64,000 nt of DNA, taken from NCBI GenBank assembly GCA_032128875.1, contig JAVLKG010000001.1, positions 1,090,443 through 1,154,442 of the forward strand, read 5' to 3'. This DNA comes from Candidatus Melainabacteria bacterium 17Bon1m. GTDB taxonomy: Bacteria > Cyanobacteriota > Vampirovibrionia > Obscuribacterales > Obscuribacteraceae. The position numbers were made by a program, and so were the translations under genes. Of this stretch, positions 57,436 through 64,000 are shown piece by piece. The notes under the pieces are model-generated. The model ran no database searches. It saw nothing but the letters and a program-made list of their open reading frames with translations, and was not told where the DNA came from. Positions within the stretch are counted from its first letter, which is position 1; each line of letters starts with the position of its first letter.

Positions 57436-57990
57436 CTACTGTTGGGAAAAGTCTGGATTTTCCATTTGCTTTTCCTGAAAAACGACTATCGGAAAAGGCG
57501 CATTTATCCCCGGAATACCGACGAAAAATGGAATTGGTAAAAATGGATTGCAGGTGACTGTCGTGCGCACTCTAACTATGACATCCTGGGCATCAGTAGC
57601 GCCCTTGCCGGTTTCCGTTTGACCATTTCTGTAAGAGACATCCGTTTGTACATTGCCGGACATGTTGACGAATTTGCCCATGCCTCCGCGCCATGTATCT
57701 GGAATTCCTTTTTTGATATCGCCGCCAGGATTTGCAGCTTCGCTGGCTCTAATCAGCGCTGCCTGTGCGACCTGGTTGTAATTGAGAACCATAATCGTGC
57801 AGTAAGACAAACATACGCTCAACAAATCAACGAGCGGAAAAAATATGCAAATTACGAGGACAAGTATTCCTGGCCCAAACTCAGCAATACCCGCACCGCG
57901 ATTGGTGCGTCGTCTTCGAGTTCTTATCCTTTCAACCGACATGTTTCGTCCCTCAGAACTTTTCGAACCCGTTAACTGTCGGTTCGACAT
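57436..57990 (-). CDS. TadE/F-like pseudopilin
   Basis: 'RRRTNRG|AGIAEFGPGILVLV'; start may be 57942. Confidence 0.75.
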   Translation of the reverse strand: MSNRQLTGSKSSEGRNMSVERIRTRRRRTNRGAGIAEFGPGILVLVICIFFPLVDLLSVCLSYCTIMVLNYNQVAQAALIRASEAANPGGDIKKGIPDTWRGGMGKFVNMSGNVQTDVSYRNGQTETGKGATDAQDVIVRVRTTVTCNPFLPIPFFVGIPGINAPFPIVVFQEKQMENPDFSQQ

Positions 57991-58219
57991 GTAAAATGTA
58001 CGCCCACCTACGGAAATTTAGGGGATTCCAAGATTAGATTTATCATCATTATATTGCCGTCCCCCTAACCGCAAAAGGCGTCACGTATAAGGAAGTATAG
58101 CCACACCACCCGGCGACGTTGTCCGGGGGGAAGGCAAGCAGGAAAAGCTTTTGCGGTGTTCATCTGAGGTATGATGATTGCGGACGCAAAGGGTTTGAGC
58201 ACAACGACTTTGGACGGTC

Positions 58220-60823
58220 ATGAGCAAGAAGAAGAAACCTTCGGCTAAGCAAACCAAGCCTAATACGCAGGATTCTGCTGATAAGTCAGCTAAGGAAACA
58301 GATGCGCCGAAGAAAGACGCGTCTGATTCAAAGAAGGAAGTGGCTTCTAAGCGTTCCTCCGTTGTTGCTTCGCAATCAAAAGACAAGCAGCCCGAGCAAG
58401 TCGAGTCGAAATCAGAAAAATCAGAGAGTGTCTCAAAGGGCAAAGAGGCTGCCGAGAGCAAAGCCACTGCTTTAAAGAGTAAAACTGCCGGCAAGGCTTC
58501 TACCAAGGGTCAGAAGGGCGATAAGAAGAAAGATAAGACCCCTCGTCAATCCCTTGAAACTGAAGAGTCCGCAACAGAGCCGGTTGATGAGTCTGCTGTG
58601 TCGCCAACTGGTGACGTCGAGGTTCAAGAATTAGCCCAGGGCAGTTCTACAGAACCCGCTCAGGCAGTAGCAGAAGCGCCTCTTCCAGCGACTTCGCCTA
58701 GTGAGCAAGTTCAAGAAAAAGCACCAGCTGCGGGCGAACAACCCCGAAAGGTCGCCAAGACTCTGATTGATGAGGAGATAACTCTTCCACCTCAAGGTTC
58801 GCCGCTTCACGAAGCGGATATCGCCAGTCTGAAAGAAGCTGCCGCCAAAGCCACGGGTATCGCACCCAAACCCGACGAGCCTCCGCGCAAAGTTGCGAAG
58901 ACTCTGATGGAGATTGATCAGGACTCCCTGCGGAATGCAATTGAGGCTTCTTCGAGAGCCACCGAAAATGAAATTGCTGCAGCGCGCCTTAGAGATGCAG
59001 TGGAAGCATCGGCGCGAGCTATCGAAGACGAGATTGCAGCTGCAATCGCAGAGTCTCAAGCTCCTGAAAATCCTGGTGCGGTTACTTCATCTGCTGCTCA
59101 AGAGACTGTTTCCAAACCAACAGTTCCCAAATCGGCTGATCGAAAAATTGCAAAAACGATGCTCGATTTTAAAGCGGAAGAGTTTTTCGAGCTTGCCGAT
59201 TTTGGCACGGATAGCGCTAGTGGAGCGGGTTTGGCAAATCCTACAGCTTCAGCAGATCCAGCCACTCCAAAGACTCCGGCCTCGTCTGAAGCAAAACCAT
59301 CGGCTTCCCCACCGGGACAGCAGCCCCGCAAAGTCGCAAAGACAATGCTTGAGGTCGATGTAGCAAACATCAACGCCATGGTTGAACAGGCAAGTGCAGC
59401 AGCGCAGGCACAAAATGCGTCGACGGAATCTGCGGCCCAGGCATCGCAGAGAATGCCGGCAGAAGCCTTCGCAGACGCAACTCATGAACCGCGCGATCTG
59501 TCTGCCGGATATGATGACGTCAGCATGGACGACTTGAACGAATTCGCCCAAGCACTTCGCGACAATACAGCTATGAGCCCACCTGGTTCTCGTGCGGAGC
59601 GTTTGAGAAAGACCTTCATGGGCATTCGCAAACGCGGACTCTCCAGCTCTCCATCAATGCCTGGTGTGAGTTTTACAGAAGAAAACGCAACACCCAATTC
59701 GGCTGAATCTGTAGCGCCATTGCAGGTTTCCCGCTCGCTTCATCCGCTGGATAATTTCTCTTTCGACAACCTTTGTCCCTCTGATGATGTTTCACCCTCG
59801 GGCTCACAGTCAGAATCCATGCCGCCGGAGCACGATGTTTTGGCTGACTCGATCTCACCTGTGCAAAGCGAGCAGTCGGAATATGCCGAGTGGCACGAGC
59901 CTCAAGACCAGGGCTCTTTCGGTAAGAAGAACACCGGCACTGTTGAACTCAGCCAAAATACTCACGATACTGAAGCCAGCGCATTCAAAGGCGAGACAAC
60001 CGTTTGGCCTGACGAACAAGAGAAGCGGGATGCCGAGGCGCGGCAGGGGGCTGTCAAACCAGAACGGTTTATCCCAAAAACCATGCTCGATATGGACTTC
60101 TTGAAGGAAAGTCTCTCGGTTTCCGTCAGTCGAGCCGAACAGCGTTTAGCGGAATCTATCGCCCAAAAGCAATCTGAGCCGCCTAAGCAGGTGCTTACGG
60201 CAGACGACTATAAGATGGCAACGCCCAACTGTCCTTTCGTGTGGTCAGACAATTCTGACAATCCCAAAGAAAGGGTGAAGTACTGTACTAACTGCAATGC
60301 CCAGGTCTATAACCTGTCCGGCTTCGATATGAATGAATCACAGTCGCTCATCTTCAAGCGGGAGAATCGCAACAACGCACCGCTGTACAAGCGTGAAGAC
60401 GGCAAGTTCATGACGAGCGATTGTCCGATTGCGCTGAAGAAGAAGAAAGACAAGCAAATGCTTATTGGAGGCGCTGCGCTTGTTCTGGTTTTGCTCATCA
60501 TTATGGTCGTGGCTTCATTCATGGCACCTCAGCCTCCGCAGGCACCTACGTCGACTGCGACAGATTCGTCTACAAGTTCTGACACTGCAACTTCTTCAAG
60601 TACGAGCGAATCAACAAATGATGTTTCCGGCTCAAGTAAGACTGGCGCCTTAGATCCTCCGGGCACCTTCCACTACAAAAAGGGTAAAGTCACCAAGGAG
60701 CCTGACACTGGCGCCCCAGCCGTTACCGTGCCCCAGGATAGCCAGCCTGCTGTCCCCGGAACTAATTCCGGCTACGATGAAGGCGGCCAGTTCTGGCAAT
60801 ATTCGGACAAGGGCAATAACTAA
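58220..60823 (+). CDS. Large disordered membrane protein with repeated RK[VI]AKT[LM][ILM][DE] motifs, a Cys-rich domain and a C-terminal TM
   Basis: 867-aa ORF; 'CPFVW...YCTNCNAQVYNLS...FMTSDC'; TM 'MLIGGAALVLVLLIIMVVASFMA'. Confidence 0.85.
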   Translation: MSKKKKPSAKQTKPNTQDSADKSAKETDAPKKDASDSKKEVASKRSSVVASQSKDKQPEQVESKSEKSESVSKGKEAAESKATALKSKTAGKASTKGQKGDKKKDKTPRQSLETEESATEPVDESAVSPTGDVEVQELAQGSSTEPAQAVAEAPLPATSPSEQVQEKAPAAGEQPRKVAKTLIDEEITLPPQGSPLHEADIASLKEAAAKATGIAPKPDEPPRKVAKTLMEIDQDSLRNAIEASSRATENEIAAARLRDAVEASARAIEDEIAAAIAESQAPENPGAVTSSAAQETVSKPTVPKSADRKIAKTMLDFKAEEFFELADFGTDSASGAGLANPTASADPATPKTPASSEAKPSASPPGQQPRKVAKTMLEVDVANINAMVEQASAAAQAQNASTESAAQASQRMPAEAFADATHEPRDLSAGYDDVSMDDLNEFAQALRDNTAMSPPGSRAERLRKTFMGIRKRGLSSSPSMPGVSFTEENATPNSAESVAPLQVSRSLHPLDNFSFDNLCPSDDVSPSGSQSESMPPEHDVLADSISPVQSEQSEYAEWHEPQDQGSFGKKNTGTVELSQNTHDTEASAFKGETTVWPDEQEKRDAEARQGAVKPERFIPKTMLDMDFLKESLSVSVSRAEQRLAESIAQKQSEPPKQVLTADDYKMATPNCPFVWSDNSDNPKERVKYCTNCNAQVYNLSGFDMNESQSLIFKRENRNNAPLYKREDGKFMTSDCPIALKKKKDKQMLIGGAALVLVLLIIMVVASFMAPQPPQAPTSTATDSSTSSDTATSSSTSESTNDVSGSSKTGALDPPGTFHYKKGKVTKEPDTGAPAVTVPQDSQPAVPGTNSGYDEGGQFWQYSDKGNN

Positions 60824-60893
60824 ATTAAGGGAAACAGCCCGAAAGCACGCGCGAGTGTCTCAGTTAGCTGACCGGAAGGTTGTGCCTTGCCGA

Positions 60894-61190
60894 TTATTCG
60901 ATTCTGAAGAAGGTTCTGCCCACTTTGATGACATCAAGTGGCGCTAATTGATGTGGTTTGGAAAGCAGCTGGTCGTTAACGCTCGTGCCATTGCTGCTTC
61001 CCAGGTCTTCTATCCACCAAATGCCGTTGTCCCAGAAGATGCGAGCGTGGCTAGCCGAAGCGTAGCCGTCATCAGGCAAAATGACCTGATTGTCATCAGC
61101 GCGTCCCAATTTTATGGACGGATCGTTTAAGACGTATCTCTCGCCGGTTGCCTGGTTTACCAAAGTTGGCAAGCGGGGTTCGTTGCTCAT
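60894..61190 (-). CDS. Stand-alone FHA domain protein
   Basis: 'LGR', 'ASASHA', 'EDLGSSNGT' pThr-binding residues intact. Confidence 0.93.
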   Translation of the reverse strand: MSNEPRLPTLVNQATGERYVLNDPSIKLGRADDNQVILPDDGYASASHARIFWDNGIWWIEDLGSSNGTSVNDQLLSKPHQLAPLDVIKVGRTFFRIE

Positions 61191-61618
61191 ATCTCTCTTA
61201 ATCCCTGTGTTTCCAGAGGACGGTCTAATGCTTGTGGAGCACCATTTTATGGTGCAAGGATAGCAGAATTTTACAGCGTGCCAAAATCGACATTGTCGAG
61301 GGGACGAGATCTATTTTCCAAGTGAAAGGTGAAAATTAACGCTGCAAGGCTTATCCGACACAAAAACTTTTGTCCTGATAAAGTGGACTCTCGCGGGCCA
61401 TAGGTAAGTTAAAACGGCTTGCACACCGGTTGAGCGCAGGAAATAATGCAAGGCTTACGAACTTCGATTTGGTGAAAAATTGAAAAAGGTTTGTCAGATT
61501 TTGCGATTGAAAATGTTTTACGACAAATCAGAAAAACTTTTTCGGACACTCAGTCGGCCGACAGCCACGCAGCAAAGAATTCTGAGCAATGAAATGCTTG
61601 CGAATGAGAGGTTAAAAC

Positions 61619-62929
61619 TCACAACGGATCAAGAGACTTTAGCCCAGTAGTTTGATCTTGATTATCAACTTTGCTTTTTTGAGTTGCCATCTTTCGATTC
61701 ATTTGAGTTTTAAGTACTCTTCTAATATCAGGAAGTGCTTTTCTTGTTGCGGTTTCACCAGCCAGTATCGCCTTTCTGGCATCCTCGGCATTCCCTTTCA
61801 AGACTGGCAATCCACTCACCTGTGGATTGATGATGATATCTGCAAACGGCAATTGCCGAGCATCAGCAACGGCAAGCATCACATCACCGAGGCGCTCGAA
61901 AATACCGCTGAGATGTCGAAATCGCTTGGCCGGAACAACCCTTAAGGGTTCATCGACTAATACAGCTATGACAATGTCAGCACCAGTGTCCCTGGCTGCG
62001 GATGCGGGGAGATTTGCTCGTACTCCACCATCTACGTAGACCTTGTCACCAATTGCCACCGGCTGAAGAATCGAAGGTATGGAAGAGCTTGCGCGCATTG
62101 CGGTAGAAAGTCTTCCGTTGCTTATTCTGTAGGCTTTTCCATCTATAAGGTTTGTAGCGACTGCCGAAAATGGTATGACTGTATCTTCGACATTTTCAAC
62201 TCCGGATGGAATTTGTTTCTCCAGAAACTTGCCGAATTTCTTACCCGTCCAAAGCCCGGCATAATGTTTTCTCCATGGAGGCAAAACCTTCGATATGGGG
62301 CTGATGAGGAGCTTCGTTGCCAGCATTCCAGGCATGTACGCTTTCAGCAATGATCCATCAATCATAATTCTTTCTATGTCTTCCAGCTTCGCTCCTGCAG
62401 AATACAATCCACCTACGATAGATCCCATACTGTTTCCGACAATGTAGTCTATGGGGATTTCTGCTTCTCTCAAGACTTTCAGCACACCGATGTGAGCTGT
62501 CCCTCGAACGCCACCACCACCCAATGCGAGTGAAATGGTGGGACGGCGGATTTTGACAAATTCCGTGGGAGTATATGGTTCGCTTTGAATATCTTTGCCA
62601 ATCTTCGTAGACTCATTTGACACATCGTTCTTTTGTTTCGATGTGGTTAGTACGCGACCGGAGCCGGCTGGTTCAACGAGCTCTAGCTGATCCTTCTTTA
62701 TGCTGTCATTGATTTGTTTTTCGGCTGCTCTTTCTACTGTTCTAGTAGGTTCCTCATTTTCACTTCTATCGAATATTGGAAATTCATCTATTGCGTGCGT
62801 ATCGGTAGAACGCGGTGTTTGTTCTTGTGCCAGGCATGAAGTATTTGTTGTGGTCCCACCTACTAGAAAGACTATGGCGAGTGACATTAAATATTTGAAT
62901 GCGATTTTATCTCTGGAAATTAGTGTCAT
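61619..62929 (-). CDS. Patatin-like phospholipase with signal/anchor
   Basis: 'LGGGGVRG', nucleophile 'GNSMG', catalytic 'DGG'. Confidence 0.92.
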   Translation of the reverse strand: MTLISRDKIAFKYLMSLAIVFLVGGTTTNTSCLAQEQTPRSTDTHAIDEFPIFDRSENEEPTRTVERAAEKQINDSIKKDQLELVEPAGSGRVLTTSKQKNDVSNESTKIGKDIQSEPYTPTEFVKIRRPTISLALGGGGVRGTAHIGVLKVLREAEIPIDYIVGNSMGSIVGGLYSAGAKLEDIERIMIDGSLLKAYMPGMLATKLLISPISKVLPPWRKHYAGLWTGKKFGKFLEKQIPSGVENVEDTVIPFSAVATNLIDGKAYRISNGRLSTAMRASSSIPSILQPVAIGDKVYVDGGVRANLPASAARDTGADIVIAVLVDEPLRVVPAKRFRHLSGIFERLGDVMLAVADARQLPFADIIINPQVSGLPVLKGNAEDARKAILAGETATRKALPDIRRVLKTQMNRKMATQKSKVDNQDQTTGLKSLDPL

Positions 62930-62993
62930 AGCTCACCTGGTCGTAATTTAAATGACATAGACTTGGTCACATGACTAGTAAACCGCAGTTGAA

Positions 62994-63350
62994 GTGAAAG
63001 TCCTGTTAAAACCTATTTGATTGAGACTGCAATCAGTTGTAGAGGCGATGAATTTCCTCGGCAATCGAAGGATTGACTTGATAATCTTTGATGTACATTT
63101 AGAAAATGGTGGCAGCGTTTTTGAATTTCTAAGTGTTACTCGAAGTAATTCGAAAACGAGTCGGACTCCATTTGTTCTCTTCAGTTTTAAACCAAGTCCT
63201 AAAGCAAGATATCTTGCGGTTCTGGTACGAACATCAGCGTTGCTCTTGGGTGCAAGTGACTACGTTGAAATGGATGAGTTCGATTGGGCAAAGTTTCAAG
63301 AATGCATTAACAGAATTGTAGAACTTCACCCAGTTTTAACAGACAGCTAG
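62994..63350 (+). pseudogene. Truncated or degenerate receiver domain
   Basis: 'DLIIFDVHL', 'TPFVLFS', 'GASDYV' present; first strand/acidic pocket missing; in-frame TGA at 63018 separates 'VKVLL' from the rest. Confidence 0.45.
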
Positions 63351-63569
63351 GATAGTGGAAATGTAGGCGTCGTCTTCTTGTGGGCGGGACGACCTTATAG
63401 AGAAAAGATGACTTTCATGTGAGTACTCAGTCTCAAAGGGTTGTAAGCGAACGAATGAATTCGCGCTTTTCTCGGTTTGGACGGAGCACAATCACATAAT
63501 GATTGCGTCGTATGTGGTTTCCTTCGCACTAGCTCTACCGTCGCTGTTAGATCACAGGAGGGCGTAGCT

Positions 63570-63926
63570 ATGTCAATACATAACAGTTGGACAGATACCT
63601 TTTCAAATTTTTTGCATGCTGTTTTCTCGAAAGCGAGAACCGAGGAGGATCGAGCAACCAACCTGCGTCTTTTTCGGTTAACTGATGTTGCTTCTATGCC
63701 GAGAAAAACTCAGTTATTGCTCGCCCATTCCTTGCAACGAAATGATCCTTATATAACGCTGCAAGATCGTGATGAAGATGCTGCTTGTTTGATTGCGAAT
63801 GGTTTGCTAAATACAATCGAGTGCACCACAATTGGTATCGCTTGTTACAGGATCAAACCGTTCTTTTGGCATCGCCTGAAGACTAACAGTGGAGACCTTT
63901 TAAATCTAGTGTCGGACGCCGAATGA
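63570..63926 (+). CDS. Hypothetical protein
   Basis: AGGAGG RBS before ATG 63570; 118 aa. Confidence 0.5.
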   Translation: MSIHNSWTDTFSNFLHAVFSKARTEEDRATNLRLFRLTDVASMPRKTQLLLAHSLQRNDPYITLQDRDEDAACLIANGLLNTIECTTIGIACYRIKPFFWHRLKTNSGDLLNLVSDAE

Positions 63927-64000
63927 TTGGCGTCAAATTAAATTGAACGTCAACGACAATTAGAATTGCGCTTTTAGGACTTCCTTTCCTCCTTTGCTGC

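Noticed and set aside
58130-58200. c-di-GMP-I riboswitch suggested by GGCAAG...GGACGCAAAG
   Set aside because: The P2 stem with a GNRA loop and the downstream P3 cannot be formed with correct spacing by eye; a covariance-model search would settle it.
61239-61255. NtrC-like box GCACC...GGTGC (also 47406-47421)
   Set aside because: Half-site spacing is 7 and 6 nt rather than 5, and no sigma-54 promoter is evident; more likely hairpins.
1-64000. Many 60-210 aa antisense or alternate-frame ORFs in the track
   Set aside because: They overlap well-supported genes, lack motifs and RBSs, and are explained as shadows of coding sequence.
1-64000. CRISPR array, rRNA, tRNA, transposase, integrase or prophage genes
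   Set aside because: No repeat-spacer periodicity or recognisable motifs were seen; the 16795-16840 repeat has only two copies and a 6-nt spacer.

Overview
Gene-dense ~64 kb chromosomal window of roughly balanced GC. The gene content suggests a non-photosynthetic cyanobacterial relative (Vampirovibrionia/Melainabacteria, Obscuribacterales-like). This is an inference from the SigB/F-type sigma factor, the pilB-pilT-pilC order with a cyanobacterial-type PilB C-terminal zinc ribbon, the SLH protein, the GMPP-PMM fusion and several Hanks kinases; it was not tested. Contents in order: oppBC; a secreted protein / PAS histidine kinase / REC / Hpt-REC-REC-GGDEF signalling cluster; gpsA, a GT4 and a GMPP-PMM fusion; a kinase-LRR receptor; a partial leucine/HMG-CoA catabolic block; mobA; a cytoplasmic BNR beta-propeller with a MoaD/ThiS-type Ubl, with an E1-rhodanese (MoeZ) and a sulfotransferase nearby; a membrane protein / B12-type radical SAM / membrane protein operon; a ~15 kb minus-strand type IV pilus locus; an exported caspase-family protease with a TPR partner; a 7-repeat SLH surface protein; a second kinase; Tad-type pseudopilins; a large disordered membrane protein with repeated KT[LM][ILM][DE] motifs next to a stand-alone FHA protein; and a patatin. 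The pilus locus runs ATPase-less PilB paralog, pilB, pilT, pilC, sigF, ABC pair, pilD, pilM-pilN fusion, pilO, pilP-like and a nucleotidyltransferase. The best candidates for undescribed systems are (1) the ATPase-less MshEN-linker-N2D PilB paralog inside a sigma-factor-containing pilus locus and (2) the repeated pThr-x-x-D/E scaffold paired with FHA. Next are the BNR-Ubl pair and the membrane-flanked radical SAM operon. No rRNA, tRNA, CRISPR array, transposase or integrase was seen. GTAG-type REP palindromes are present.
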